From: a virus
Lineage: Duplodnaviria > Caudoviricetes
Virus record (IMG/VR): IMGVR_UViG_3300027759_000043
Length of the DNA: 64,000 nt
Reading direction: 5' to 3' (one strand)
Numbering within the stretch: position 1 is the first letter of the stretch; each line of letters starts with the position of its first letter. The position numbers and the translations under genes are program-made. The notes under the pieces were generated by a model that made no database searches, was not told the DNA's origin, and was given only the letters and a program-made list of their open reading frames with translations. Below, piece by piece: positions 39,316 through 49,539 of the stretch.

Positions 39316-39757
39316 TCGCGTAGTTGCTGGCCTTGGTGCTATTCCTGATTTTATCAGTCACTATGAACGTGAACTGGAAGATGCCAAAAAAGACTGCAAA
39401 ATCTACGGCATAGTAGAAAAGAATATCACAGCCTTGCCCGGCATCACTGAACACCGTTTTAATCAGTTACAAGAGATCGAAGCGGTGTTAAATTATCTCA
39501 ACATCCAACTGCGTAAGATACGCAGAAAGCATTTTCAAAAGTATCTAGAAAACTACGCCCGCGCTCTCACAAGTAGAGATGCTGAAAAGTATGTGGACGG
39601 CGAAGACGAAGTAATTGATTATGAAACCATCATCAATGAAGTAGCATACCTACGCAATCGTTGGTTGGGTATCCTCAAAGGACTTGATACCAAACAGTGG
39701 CAAATGGGTCACGTGGTCCGCCTAAGAACAGCAGGAATGGAAGATATTCAAGTGTGA
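39305..39757 (+). CDS. uvsY: Recombination mediator UvsY-like
   Basis: LENYARALTSRDAEKYVDGE, KGLDTKQWQM; 150 aa, near uvsX. Confidence 0.75.
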   Translation: MWYSRVVAGLGAIPDFISHYERELEDAKKDCKIYGIVEKNITALPGITEHRFNQLQEIEAVLNYLNIQLRKIRRKHFQKYLENYARALTSRDAEKYVDGEDEVIDYETIINEVAYLRNRWLGILKGLDTKQWQMGHVVRLRTAGMEDIQV

Positions 39758-39782
39758 CCTGTTGTGTGTGATACATAATAGT

Positions 39783-40772
39783 ATGAAAAAGACCGCATTT
39801 GTTACAGGCATGACCGGGCAAGATGGCCCATATCTTGCCCGATATCTAATAGAAAAAGACTACCATGTATATGGGTTAGTCAAACGCTATTCAAATCCCA
39901 ATTTGGAAAATCTCAAATGGTTGGGTATTGAAAACGACATTGAACTCATCACAGGTGACATCACCGATGAGAACAACATGAATCATATCATGCAAGGGAT
40001 CAAGCCTCAAGAAGTGTACAACTTGGCGGCTCAAAGTTTTGTTGGCATCAGTTGGGAATTGAACAAACTCACAACCGAAGTCAATTGCATGGGTCCGTTG
40101 AACTTGCTGAACTCAATACGCCAACACAATCCCAATGCAAGATTTTATCAAGCATCTACATCAGAGATGTTTGGCAATGCAACCGAACCTGGACTGCAAG
40201 GTGAAACAACCCCGTTCCGTCCACGAAGCCCATATGGTGTAAGCAAGTTGTATTCACACTGGATGACTATAAACTTCCGTGAAAGTTACAGTTTATATGC
40301 TTGCTCGGGCATTTTATTCAATCATGAATCTCCCTTGCGTGGTCGTGAATTTGTCACACGAAAGATCACAGATGCAGTGGCACGTATTAAATTAGGACTG
40401 GCAGATGATGTTACACTGGGCAATTTAGACAGTGCTAGAGATTGGGGATTCGCCGGCGACTTTGTGGAAGCCATGTGGTTGATGTTGCAACAGGAAAAAG
40501 CCAGTGACTATGTGATTGCTACTGGCGAACAGCATACCATCGGTGACTTGTGTCGTGTGGCATTTGAACATGCAGGAATTCATGAATGGAAACATTTAGT
40601 AAAAAGTGATCCGCGATTTAAACGTCCAGCAGAACTTTACAGTTTACGTGGCGATAGTGCTCGTGCTAGGGAACAGTTGGGGTGGAAACCACGTACCAAC
40701 TTTGAAACCATGATACGTGACATGGTTGATGCTGATCTAAAGAGACTGCAAATCAATCGTGGACCGTGGTAG
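39783..40772 (+). CDS. gmd: GDP-mannose 4,6-dehydratase
   Basis: TGMTGQDGPYLA, YNLAAQSFV, FYQASTSEMFG, PRSPYGVSK, GILFNHESPLRG.EFVTRKIT, RDWGFAGD. Confidence 0.95.
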   Translation: MKKTAFVTGMTGQDGPYLARYLIEKDYHVYGLVKRYSNPNLENLKWLGIENDIELITGDITDENNMNHIMQGIKPQEVYNLAAQSFVGISWELNKLTTEVNCMGPLNLLNSIRQHNPNARFYQASTSEMFGNATEPGLQGETTPFRPRSPYGVSKLYSHWMTINFRESYSLYACSGILFNHESPLRGREFVTRKITDAVARIKLGLADDVTLGNLDSARDWGFAGDFVEAMWLMLQQEKASDYVIATGEQHTIGDLCRVAFEHAGIHEWKHLVKSDPRFKRPAELYSLRGDSARAREQLGWKPRTNFETMIRDMVDADLKRLQINRGPW

Positions 40773-41423
40773 ATAGATGGTATCGCCGTCAAAATCGGCT
40801 ACTGATTCATAATCTAGTTCTTGTATCAATTCTAAATATTGATCATTGTCGTAAGTGTGTAGACTTTTAGGGTGATTGCCACCCGTGTATTCTACCATCA
40901 TCACCGGTTTATGAGTGCGTATAGTGTTCATGGCTCCTTTGAGAACTTCAAATTCCCAACCTTCCACATCAATTTTTATAAAATCAACATTGTTGAAAGT
41001 GTACTCATCTAACTTATGGCATTGGATGTCATGTAGCACAGCACAAGATTGATGTCGGCCAAAATCTTCATCAATCATCTGAAAAGTTCCAGTGTTCTTG
41101 GAGGTTCTGTAAGTGCCTTGTCTTGATCCAGTTTTGTCGCCTAGGGCAAAATTATAACATTGAACATTGGATAAATTTTTAGTGTTTTTGATCAAACATT
41201 CATAATGAGCAGGCATAGGTTCAAATGCGTGTACCTGCTGAAACAATGTTGACCAATGATCTACGCTGATTCCTACATGTGCTCCTATATCTATTACTGT
41301 ACAAAAACTATGTACATACTTTAAGGCCTCAGTCCTAGAGTTCAATCCAAATAATCTTATGTTCTGGTTGAATTTTTCAAAATAATCTTCATAAGGTAGA
41401 TTAAACCCATCGACTAAATGCAT
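40737..41423 (-). CDS. FkbM-family methyltransferase
   Basis: IDIGAHVG, AFEP, FIKIDVEGWE. TAAATA on the minus strand at 41428. Confidence 0.9.
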   Translation of the reverse strand: MHLVDGFNLPYEDYFEKFNQNIRLFGLNSRTEALKYVHSFCTVIDIGAHVGISVDHWSTLFQQVHAFEPMPAHYECLIKNTKNLSNVQCYNFALGDKTGSRQGTYRTSKNTGTFQMIDEDFGRHQSCAVLHDIQCHKLDEYTFNNVDFIKIDVEGWEFEVLKGAMNTIRTHKPVMMVEYTGGNHPKSLHTYDNDQYLELIQELDYESVADFDGDTIYLPRSTIDLQSL

Positions 41424-42262
41424 TGGGTATTTAGTCTACCCAACAATCTTCCAAACGGTTGACCCGTTGCAATTTCCTCTATAGTCCATTCTGTGTGGGC
41501 TATATCTTCCAACCAAGCCGTGCGATCTGGCATCCACGGCTTTTCTATATCTGACAGATCCAAATTGGCCACCGGAGCGGCCAGACTGTCTGCACCAACA
41601 AAAGCAGGCACACCTGCTATGACGCTTTGACAACCTGGACCGGAGTTTTCGTTAATCACACACCAGGCATTGGCTAGGTCGGTATCAAAATCAAAACTAT
41701 CATATGTGTTGATTAACGGACGAGGGTTGCGTATAGAGACACCTGCTATGTTGGTGATACGTTGCCTAGGGTGTGGCCGCACAACAATAGGCCGGTCAGT
41801 AACTGATTTAATTTTTGCAACAGTTTGTTCAACCCATGTTTTTGTCTCAGGCAGCCCGGTCCATTGCTCACTATCTCCACGTTGTACAGCAATCACAATG
41901 TTTTTGCCTTGCTGCCAAGGTTGTAGATTTAAGCCCAACGTTTGTGCTCGGTTGGCTTGACTATTTTGTCCAAACCAAGCACGACGATTCACACCGTTCA
42001 GTCCCATCTTCCATGTGCGACCACGTTGCAACATTCCTACTTCTAGTACAATCACGTCACGCCCAGAGTTTCTGAATATTTTCCAGACGTCCTGATTGTG
42101 TCGCATTCGCCCAGACCAAAGATGGCTCCATATCACCGCCACATCTGCGTCTAGATCATGATTGTTGGATTGGATACCGCAAATACGTAGTCCTTGTTCA
42201 AAGGCCGTAAACACAGGCACAGAGTTTAATGCACCAAAATTATTAAATAGACTGATTTTCAT
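41414..42262 (-). CDS. GT-B/capsule-synthesis-like protein, paralog A
   Basis: VVRPHPR, CVINENSGPGCQSVIAGVPAF, EWTIEEIATG. Confidence 0.6.
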   Translation of the reverse strand: MKISLFNNFGALNSVPVFTAFEQGLRICGIQSNNHDLDADVAVIWSHLWSGRMRHNQDVWKIFRNSGRDVIVLEVGMLQRGRTWKMGLNGVNRRAWFGQNSQANRAQTLGLNLQPWQQGKNIVIAVQRGDSEQWTGLPETKTWVEQTVAKIKSVTDRPIVVRPHPRQRITNIAGVSIRNPRPLINTYDSFDFDTDLANAWCVINENSGPGCQSVIAGVPAFVGADSLAAPVANLDLSDIEKPWMPDRTAWLEDIAHTEWTIEEIATGQPFGRLLGRLNTQCI

Positions 42263-42280
42263 TGGGTTAAATAGTTATAT

Positions 42281-42928
42281 ATGTATAAAATAAACTCTCT
42301 GTGGTATTCTTCAGAACCACCAAATGGATTTTTTAGTGAACGACTGCAGGAGGTAGTGGATGTACATTATCAAAATCGTTATCGTTGGTATGTGTATAAC
42401 AATATTCCTCGCAAGCGTGTGATGATTGACGTTGGTGCCAACATTGGTATATTTGCTAGACCCAGTGCAGAGCAGTTTGAACGTGTGGTATGTTTTGAAC
42501 CAGTATTTAAAAACTTTGAAGTCTTGCAAAAAAATCTAGAAAATTACAGCAATGTAGAATTGCATAACTTGGGTCTTAGCGATCGAGATCAAACAGCAAC
42601 ATTTGAATTACAAACTCTCAAGTGTGGACACACCAAACAAGTGACAGAGTTTGTGCCCAATCCAGAGTTTGAACAGCACACTGGAGAGTTAACCACACTG
42701 GATCGATTCAATTTTCAAGACATTGACTGGATCAAAATTGATGTTGAAGGTTTTGAAAATGCAGTGCTAGAAGGAAGTCGTGAAACTATAAAGCGCAATA
42801 GACCTTGGTTGTTGATTGAGGACAACGGTCAACAAGACCAACACAGACAGTGGCTCAATGATTTGTGCGGCCCATATGAGGCAGCACCAGTCAAGAGCAA
42901 GAGTAATACGATATGGATACCATTATGA
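42281..42928 (+). CDS. FkbM-family methyltransferase
   Basis: IDVGANIG, CFEP, WIKIDVEGFE. TAAATA at 42268. Confidence 0.9.
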   Translation: MYKINSLWYSSEPPNGFFSERLQEVVDVHYQNRYRWYVYNNIPRKRVMIDVGANIGIFARPSAEQFERVVCFEPVFKNFEVLQKNLENYSNVELHNLGLSDRDQTATFELQTLKCGHTKQVTEFVPNPEFEQHTGELTTLDRFNFQDIDWIKIDVEGFENAVLEGSRETIKRNRPWLLIEDNGQQDQHRQWLNDLCGPYEAAPVKSKSNTIWIPL

Positions 42929-43641
42929 AGCATTTACCGTATGAACGACAAGGTTTTAGTCAAAATGCCGAGACCGGAATCATTGAATACATGTTGGCAG
43001 GTATCGCAAACCCGAAAAAAACTTTTGTAGAGATTGGGTTTGGTGATGGAACACAAAATATGACTCTGGATTTGCTACATCAAGGCTATTGCGGTGTTGG
43101 CATAGACGGATGGGACTGGGATCCATCTGTGACTGAGAGATGGCCGGATCAATTGATCAAAATACAACGAATGATTTCCCCCGGAGATGTTGCACAATAC
43201 ATTCCAGAACAATACTGGCAACCAGACTTTTTTAGTCTAGACATTGACAGTTTTGATTATGAAGTAGCATCAACTCTATTGCAATCGGGATTCCGCCCGG
43301 CCACAGTATGTTGCGAGATTAACAAGAATTTTGGTAACAACTGGGCTAGTTTTCCTTATGTTGAAAACCCAATAAAAAAAGTTACATACAATAGAAAATT
43401 TCATTATGGCTGTTCATTATCAAAGTACAAAGATTTGTGGTCACAGTATGGTTATGAGTTTTTTACATTTGACACCAGAGCCGTGAATGCATTTTGGTTC
43501 CATCCAGAACAAGTTAGCATAAATTTAGATGTTCCTAGAAATCAAACACTTGATGAGATAGATACTGCTATTATAAAACAACAAATTGCCGACCATCAAT
43601 ATTGGAACAATAAACAAAACGAAATCTACCAAACAATATGA
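42925..43641 (+). CDS. SAM-dependent methyltransferase-like protein
   Basis: FSQNAETGII, FVEIGFGDG, FSLDIDSFDY, CEIN; ATGA overlap. Confidence 0.7.
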   Translation: MKHLPYERQGFSQNAETGIIEYMLAGIANPKKTFVEIGFGDGTQNMTLDLLHQGYCGVGIDGWDWDPSVTERWPDQLIKIQRMISPGDVAQYIPEQYWQPDFFSLDIDSFDYEVASTLLQSGFRPATVCCEINKNFGNNWASFPYVENPIKKVTYNRKFHYGCSLSKYKDLWSQYGYEFFTFDTRAVNAFWFHPEQVSINLDVPRNQTLDEIDTAIIKQQIADHQYWNNKQNEIYQTI

Positions 43642-44465
43642 AATACGCAGTACTAACAACATTTCACGCTGCCGGCTATGAAAAATATGCCAGTCGCATG
43701 ATTAATACATTTTTACAAAACTGGCCAGCGGAAGTTGACCTGTATGTTTACACAGAAGATTGCACTATCACGCAGTCAGCGCCTAATCTACATGTGAGAG
43801 ACTTACACGCAGTGAGTCCGGAAATTGTGGCATTCAAGCAACGCTGGGGGTCGGACCCTAGAGCACGTGGTATGGTTGCCACAGGTCCTGTGGATCGTAA
43901 AGGCAAAGCACCAGGAATAGGTTTTCGTTGGGACGCCATACGCTTTAGCCACAAAGCATACTCAGTTGTTCATTGTGCGGCAAATTGTTCAGCAGATGTA
44001 TTATTTTGGATGGATGCGGACATGGTATGCCACACACCTATCTCCACAGAATTTATCAACAGCCAAATGCCGTCAAAAATTGGCCTAGCATATCTAGGCC
44101 GTGAAAAAAAGTTTACTGAATGTGGTCTATACGGAATGAACTTGCAGGATCCTATAACCCGAACATGGTTGAAAGAATTTCAACTGGCATATGATTCTGG
44201 TAGATTAATGACCATGAGTGAATGGAACGACTGTTGGGTGTTTGATGAAACACGCAAAGAAGTGCAAGCCGCTAACCCTGCCTGGCGTCAACTCAACTGG
44301 TCAGCAGGCCTAATCAAAGGCGAAGGGCATCCGCTAATTAACACTGCCTGGGGTGCGTATCTAGATCATCTCAAAGGCAAGCGAAAAGACACTGGGCGCA
44401 GTAATGCTAAAGATCTAATACGTCCCAGAACTGAAAGTTACTGGTCTTCTTCTGTAGTTTCCTGA
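43638..44465 (+). CDS. GT-A glycosyltransferase-like protein
   Basis: FSHKAYS, FWMDADMV (DxD), ECGLYG, WNDCWVFD, LDHLKG. Confidence 0.7.
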   Translation: MKYAVLTTFHAAGYEKYASRMINTFLQNWPAEVDLYVYTEDCTITQSAPNLHVRDLHAVSPEIVAFKQRWGSDPRARGMVATGPVDRKGKAPGIGFRWDAIRFSHKAYSVVHCAANCSADVLFWMDADMVCHTPISTEFINSQMPSKIGLAYLGREKKFTECGLYGMNLQDPITRTWLKEFQLAYDSGRLMTMSEWNDCWVFDETRKEVQAANPAWRQLNWSAGLIKGEGHPLINTAWGAYLDHLKGKRKDTGRSNAKDLIRPRTESYWSSSVVS

Positions 44466-45172
44466 CTGTATTCCGCTTTGGAATGTTTAGCCTTGTAGTG
44501 TATCAGGTGTTCGCCCATTACTGTGTGCGGTAGTGGTGTTTTGTAAGGTTTAGTAAATCCATGACAAAGGTCATTCACCCGACATTGTTTGACCACTCCG
44601 AGCGCGGCACCAAAAACATCATTGTCATAAAATCTACGCAAGTCAGCATGGTCTCTTTTGTGATACCTTCTAATATATTCTGTTCTAAATGTTTTAAATT
44701 GCCAATGGCGGGTGTTCACGGCAAAAATTCCAGTTTCGGGCACCAGCCAGTTGCCTGTATTTCCTGCTTTGTCGGAAGTATAAGTCACTCCCATGTACAT
44801 GGACAAGCAACCAGATTTCAATATTTTTTCTAATATTTCCATCGGTAAGTCTTTGACAGTGACAACATCAGCATCCATCCAAAAAATCCAATCTGCTTCT
44901 GAATGCATGAGGGCATGCATAAAACTATAGGCCTTCTTGGCAAACTTTTTTTGACTTTGAGTTAACCCAGGCTCTTGTTGAAATTTTTCATAATCGGGAT
45001 CCAACTCGGAAAAATCTATTTGCTTAATACGGTTGTGCTCGGGTAAAACAAATTCTTCTACGTAGCAGGTTAATTTTAATTCCTCAGGCCAATATTTAAG
45101 AAAACTTTCCACACTATCTCGACCAATAAGATCATAATAGTTCTGGTTAAAACTTGTTATAACTTGTATCAT
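44438..45172 (-). CDS. GT-A glycosyltransferase-like protein (paralog of 43638)
   Basis: FAKKAYS, FWMDADVV, ETGIFA, YDNDVFG, LIHYKA. Start placed at the ATGA overlap, 45172. Confidence 0.7.
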   Translation of the reverse strand: MIQVITSFNQNYYDLIGRDSVESFLKYWPEELKLTCYVEEFVLPEHNRIKQIDFSELDPDYEKFQQEPGLTQSQKKFAKKAYSFMHALMHSEADWIFWMDADVVTVKDLPMEILEKILKSGCLSMYMGVTYTSDKAGNTGNWLVPETGIFAVNTRHWQFKTFRTEYIRRYHKRDHADLRRFYDNDVFGAALGVVKQCRVNDLCHGFTKPYKTPLPHTVMGEHLIHYKAKHSKAEYSQETTEEDQ

Positions 45173-46134
45173 TTTTTTGCCCATTTTTTCATATGCGCCC
45201 AGCATGCGCCGGATTGTAGTTCTTCGTGACTCCAGTGAAACTGTGCAATACGTTGTATCCATGACTCTCGATCAGGAGTGTGTGGTTTTTCAATTCTGTT
45301 GAGCCCAGATCCTGCTATGTCTCGTGCTTGGCTGCGATCTGGATCAGTCACAAACACTGGTATACCTTCAATGGCAGCAGCCACAGCAGGACTGGAATTA
45401 TGATTAACCACAGCCCAACAATTTTTAAAATCATGCATGAGAGTGCTGCCAGTTTTACTAAGATGCACATTTAACAATCTACGGCCAATACACAATTTAA
45501 GCAAACGCTCACAGTATTTTATTGCCCGTTTGTCCCCAGGATGGGGGCGTATTCTAATGGGACGATCGGTATATTTTCTTATCTCTGCAATGGTTTTTAC
45601 AGCCCAATCGATCACGTCCCAACCAGCCATACTCCATCCGCCGTCGCGTTGCAAGCACAACAATATATGGTCTCCTTGTGTGCGCCAGGGTTCTAACTGT
45701 ACACCTGTCTGTGCCTGTATAGTTTGCCACCGTTCAGGATCAGGAGCCTGATCACAGTATTCTCCGGTGTTGGGAAACACACCATCATAACTGTAGCGCA
45801 ACCAGTAACCAGGATTGTTGGTGTCTCTGTACAGGAACAAATTTGAATCAGCAATCACAGTTCGACCATTGTTGGCACATTGCCCGTCCACAATGTTTTG
45901 TCTCAATTGTAAATGTGCGGCTGTTTTTCCATGCTCGTGTACCCAGCCCAATATAACAGCCACTTCACTGGGTTGATACACTAGATCATCAGATATGATC
46001 CCATCATCATCGCAGGCGTTTACACCTTGGATAAAATATCTCAGGGTATTGCTCTTGTCTTGTGCCTTTTGCAAAGACTCTGCGGTGTATTGATCCTTTT
46101 TGGGCAAGGTAGCCAAATAACTTGTAACTTTCAT
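45169..46134 (-). CDS. GT-B/capsule-synthesis-like protein, paralog B
   Basis: IRIRPHPGD, AVVNHNSSPAVAAAIEGIPVF, HWSHEELQSG. Confidence 0.6.
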   Translation of the reverse strand: MKVTSYLATLPKKDQYTAESLQKAQDKSNTLRYFIQGVNACDDDGIISDDLVYQPSEVAVILGWVHEHGKTAAHLQLRQNIVDGQCANNGRTVIADSNLFLYRDTNNPGYWLRYSYDGVFPNTGEYCDQAPDPERWQTIQAQTGVQLEPWRTQGDHILLCLQRDGGWSMAGWDVIDWAVKTIAEIRKYTDRPIRIRPHPGDKRAIKYCERLLKLCIGRRLLNVHLSKTGSTLMHDFKNCWAVVNHNSSPAVAAAIEGIPVFVTDPDRSQARDIAGSGLNRIEKPHTPDRESWIQRIAQFHWSHEELQSGACWAHMKKWAKK

Positions 46135-46940
46135 TCTTGCATCATCCTAAATGCTGTGCCATTTTGCAGTTCCTTCACATGATACTGTCCATAGGCCATG
46201 CTGTGACACCAAGCATCTAATCGATCTCGATCGGACCAAACAGGATTTTCAATACTGTCTAGAGACGTGTTGGCCACTGGTGCTGCCACATGAGTCGGAG
46301 CCAGAACAAATGCAGGTACTCCTGCAAATATACTCTCCACAGCAGCCACACTGTTGAATGTGACCAAAGCGTGTACATCATTGACTAGTTCTTGACTCAA
46401 TGGCGCTGTGGCAACTCTATCTATGCGTTTGGGCGAACGTTGTCGCACCTCCACAGGCCGGTCTGTAAGTTGTTTTATTCTTGCCACAGTATCGTTTATC
46501 CATTGTGCTTGATCAATCCCGTAAAATCTACAAGGCTTTTCGTCAGGTGCCGCCACTATGATTCTTCGTCCGTGGCGTCGAGGTTGCAATGTGATTCCTA
46601 ACTTAGACCATCGATCTGCTGGACGAGGGCGAATTTCTTTGTGCTGTAAATCATTTTTTACTATCCTGTGATAGACTTTAATACCACGAGGATTAGTAGC
46701 AGTTGCATTGTTGCCTGCATAGCCTGAGTCTACATACCAAAAATCGTGACCGCCCTCCCAGCATCGGTGCATGATTTTGTGCTTGAGAATACCACGTAGT
46801 ACCAGTTTTTTATGATCTACTTCAACATCATAATGAAAGTCAAAGTAGTCACTGTCGGTGGGTTCCGCACCGGCACTGTGAGCCAACATATTGATATACT
46901 CGTCTTGATTGTTTTTGCTTAAAAAAAGAAAATCGGTCAT
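46131..46940 (-). CDS. GT-B/capsule-synthesis-like protein, paralog C
   Basis: VEVRQRSP, ALVTFNSVAAVESIFAGVPAF, QYHVKELQNG. Start at the ATGA overlap, 46940. Confidence 0.6.
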   Translation of the reverse strand: MTDFLFLSKNNQDEYINMLAHSAGAEPTDSDYFDFHYDVEVDHKKLVLRGILKHKIMHRCWEGGHDFWYVDSGYAGNNATATNPRGIKVYHRIVKNDLQHKEIRPRPADRWSKLGITLQPRRHGRRIIVAAPDEKPCRFYGIDQAQWINDTVARIKQLTDRPVEVRQRSPKRIDRVATAPLSQELVNDVHALVTFNSVAAVESIFAGVPAFVLAPTHVAAPVANTSLDSIENPVWSDRDRLDAWCHSMAYGQYHVKELQNGTAFRMMQE

Positions 46941-47590
46941 TTTGTTACCTGTAAACTGCATTGTTGATGTTGACTGCGAAACAACGGAACAAACTCACGG
47001 TTGTGATTTACGATCCATTCTCCCAAGGCCTTAAATTCTCCTTGCGCCCAAAGATCGTATTGATTATAATCCGCCCAGGGATACATCTCGTCAAACACAA
47101 TCACAGTTCCGGGAATTATGCGATCGTTTAACAAAGTCAGTACGGTAAGAGCACTTGAATATAAATCCGAATCAATATGTAAAAAACAAATGTTGCCTGA
47201 ATTTTGTTCTAACCATGTGGGTATGGTATCATTGAACCAACCAGCAATCAATTCCACATTTGGTAAATTCACAAGTTCTTCTCCCTCAAGACTGAATTTA
47301 CCAGCCGGATGACTTGGCCCTTGTTGAGTGCTTTTTGTAAACCAGGGCTCTGGCAATCCTACAAAACTATCAAACCCCCAAACTCGTTGTTGAGAAAAAT
47401 ATTTGCCTATAAGTGATATAGTTTTTCCTTGCCATACACCAAATTCCATGACATGACCTGAAATTGTAGTAGATTTAAGTGCCCGCTGGAGGTGACGATT
47501 TCTTCTGGATTTTTTACTGGTATTTGATGATTCGGCTACAACAGCATCATGGAAACAATCTATAGTATAATTACTGCTGTTGATTATCAT
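46937..47590 (-). CDS. TylF/MycF-like O-methyltransferase
   Basis: MEFGVWQG, GFDSFVGLPE, LHIDSDLYSS, IVFDE. Confidence 0.8.
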   Translation of the reverse strand: MIINSSNYTIDCFHDAVVAESSNTSKKSRRNRHLQRALKSTTISGHVMEFGVWQGKTISLIGKYFSQQRVWGFDSFVGLPEPWFTKSTQQGPSHPAGKFSLEGEELVNLPNVELIAGWFNDTIPTWLEQNSGNICFLHIDSDLYSSALTVLTLLNDRIIPGTVIVFDEMYPWADYNQYDLWAQGEFKALGEWIVNHNREFVPLFRSQHQQCSLQVTK

Positions 47591-48273
47591 AATTTATTTC
47601 TTTGCAAACAGTAGTCGGCCAAGAGATGTTCTCGATGCCACTCGTCTGCCATTGGCGTAGTAGCAAACTCATGAAAGCAAGGTGTGCCCAGTGTGTAATG
47701 CAATAACTTAGCATCTGTATTTGGCCCGTATTCATCAGGCAACCAGTTCCACGCTCGGGGCAACTCACCAATACGATCATCATCTAGCCATGTGAAGCGA
47801 TGCAGGAAACTGCCTAAGGATTGTTGAACAAAGTCGGGGGTGAGTTTCCGATTAGGAAAACTATTGCAGTTCCACAAGATAACACTGGACCAATTTTTTC
47901 GAGGATAATTTTCATTTGGTGATCCTAGATATTTTTCTGTCATTCGAGTTTGATAATCATGCTTGACCACCATCACGTCTTTGTCTAATTCTCTCAGGTC
48001 CCAAAGTTTTGTAATGTCATCACGCACGATCATATCACCATCTATAAAAATAGCCCATCCAGTGTACTCCATCAAATGTGGCACAAGAAAGCGACTGTAG
48101 ATAAACTGGTTACTACCATCAGTGTGTGTTTCTTTATAGTCATCAAACAAGTTTAGTGCCAATGGAATGACAGCAACAGGCTCCGATGCGTGTCGTATGA
48201 TTGAGTTGGCGCACACATGATATGCTACTGCTTCTCTTGGATCGTATCCGATAAAAACTGGAATTGGTTTCAC
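47587..48273 (-). CDS. GT-A glycosyltransferase (GT8-like)
   Basis: VFIGYDPRE, FIYSRFLVP, IFIDGDM, PRKNWSSV, WNWL, LHYTLGTP. GTG start inferred from TATAAATA at 48279-48286. Confidence 0.75.
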   Translation of the reverse strand: MKPIPVFIGYDPREAVAYHVCANSIIRHASEPVAVIPLALNLFDDYKETHTDGSNQFIYSRFLVPHLMEYTGWAIFIDGDMIVRDDITKLWDLRELDKDVMVVKHDYQTRMTEKYLGSPNENYPRKNWSSVILWNCNSFPNRKLTPDFVQQSLGSFLHRFTWLDDDRIGELPRAWNWLPDEYGPNTDAKLLHYTLGTPCFHEFATTPMADEWHREHLLADYCLQRNKL

Positions 48274-48278
48274 ATCGA

Positions 48279-48306
48279 TATTTATAGGCATATATAACGG
48301 TAAATA
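48279..48306. promoter_or_regulatory. Back-to-back late promoters inside the glycosylation island
   Basis: TATAAATA on the minus strand at 48279-48286 and TAAATA on the plus strand at 48301-48306. Confidence 0.65.
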
Positions 48307-48310
48307 CAAA

Positions 48311-48904
48311 ATGGAACATTTTTATCAAGACATCAACGGCTTTATGAGTCACAAAAACACAGTGATGCTTGATATAGTGTTGGATCAGTTTCCTGAATCG
48401 GGCACCTGGGTTGAACTAGGATCCTGGACCGGACGCAGTGCGGCATACTGTGTGGTTGAATTGCTCAATAGAGAAAAGTTGGGTGAATTTTATTGTGTGG
48501 ACAGTTGGAAAGGTGAGGCTGATATAGCATATGATCCTGATACTGTGCAAGACCTTAAAAAGATTTTTAGACAAAATGTAAAACCAGTCATCAAACATAT
48601 TACCATGCTAAACATGATGAGTTGGAATGCCGCTAAAAAGTTTGAAAATGATTCTGTAGACTTTTGCTATGTAGATGCAGGACACAGTTATGAAGCAGTG
48701 ACCAAAGACCTCGAAGCATGGTGGCCAAAAATGCGACCAGGTGCTATGTTTGGCGGGGACGATTATACCAAAGGATATCCAGGAGTACAACAGGCAGTTT
48801 GGGACTTTTTTGGCCCACAAGATATAAAAGTACGCAGGGCCGGACGTTGCTGGTTGGTAACAAAATCAAACACACAACAGCAAACTGATTTAAATACCTT
48901 ATGA
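48311..48904 (+). CDS. Class I SAM methyltransferase (Methyltransf_24-like)
   Basis: VELGSWTGRS, CVDSW, YVDAGHSYE, GDDY. Confidence 0.85.
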   Translation: MEHFYQDINGFMSHKNTVMLDIVLDQFPESGTWVELGSWTGRSAAYCVVELLNREKLGEFYCVDSWKGEADIAYDPDTVQDLKKIFRQNVKPVIKHITMLNMMSWNAAKKFENDSVDFCYVDAGHSYEAVTKDLEAWWPKMRPGAMFGGDDYTKGYPGVQQAVWDFFGPQDIKVRRAGRCWLVTKSNTQQQTDLNTL

Positions 48905-49539
48905 ACAAATCCTGGTTAGAACACTATCGTAGTGAATACTATGAATTATTGAGCCCCGAAGTTAGTGGAGCAAAAAGACTACTAGTAGAGGGCATTTACA
49001 AACGAGCCATTGGCTTTGACATCATGTTTCGTTTGTTGTTAAATCAACGCAGAGAAAACTTTTCTATTGTTGAAACTGGCACCTTGCGCACACCGGGCAA
49101 CTGGAAAGATGGGCAAAGTGCCGCACTGTTTACAGAGTTTGTAGACTGGCACGGGGGTCAGATGCGTAGTGTAGACATTGATCCAGAAGCAGTGGCGGCC
49201 GCACGTGGACATATAACCAGCGATCGATTTAGTGTGGTATGCAGTGATAGTGTGGCCTGGTTAGAATCCTTAAATGATCGAGATCAAGTGGATCTCTACT
49301 ACTTAGACTCCTGGGATGTCAAATGGGACAACGATACAGACAGTGCTGATCATCATTTGAAAGAATTTCAAGCAATTGAATCTTATTTGAAACCAGGTTG
49401 TGTGGTGGCCATAGATGACAATAGTCGTTGGTATGCTAACAACCGCCGCACAGGTAAAGGGCGTGCCGTTGTAGAATATCTTGAAGCAAAGAATCACTTG
49501 CCCATCTACGATGAATATCAAATTATATTTCAATTCTAA
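48901..49539 (+). CDS. Class I SAM methyltransferase-like protein
   Basis: IVETGTLR, SVDID, SDSVAWL, YYLDSWD, AIDD. Confidence 0.75.
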   Translation: MNKSWLEHYRSEYYELLSPEVSGAKRLLVEGIYKRAIGFDIMFRLLLNQRRENFSIVETGTLRTPGNWKDGQSAALFTEFVDWHGGQMRSVDIDPEAVAAARGHITSDRFSVVCSDSVAWLESLNDRDQVDLYYLDSWDVKWDNDTDSADHHLKEFQAIESYLKPGCVVAIDDNSRWYANNRRTGKGRAVVEYLEAKNHLPIYDEYQIIFQF

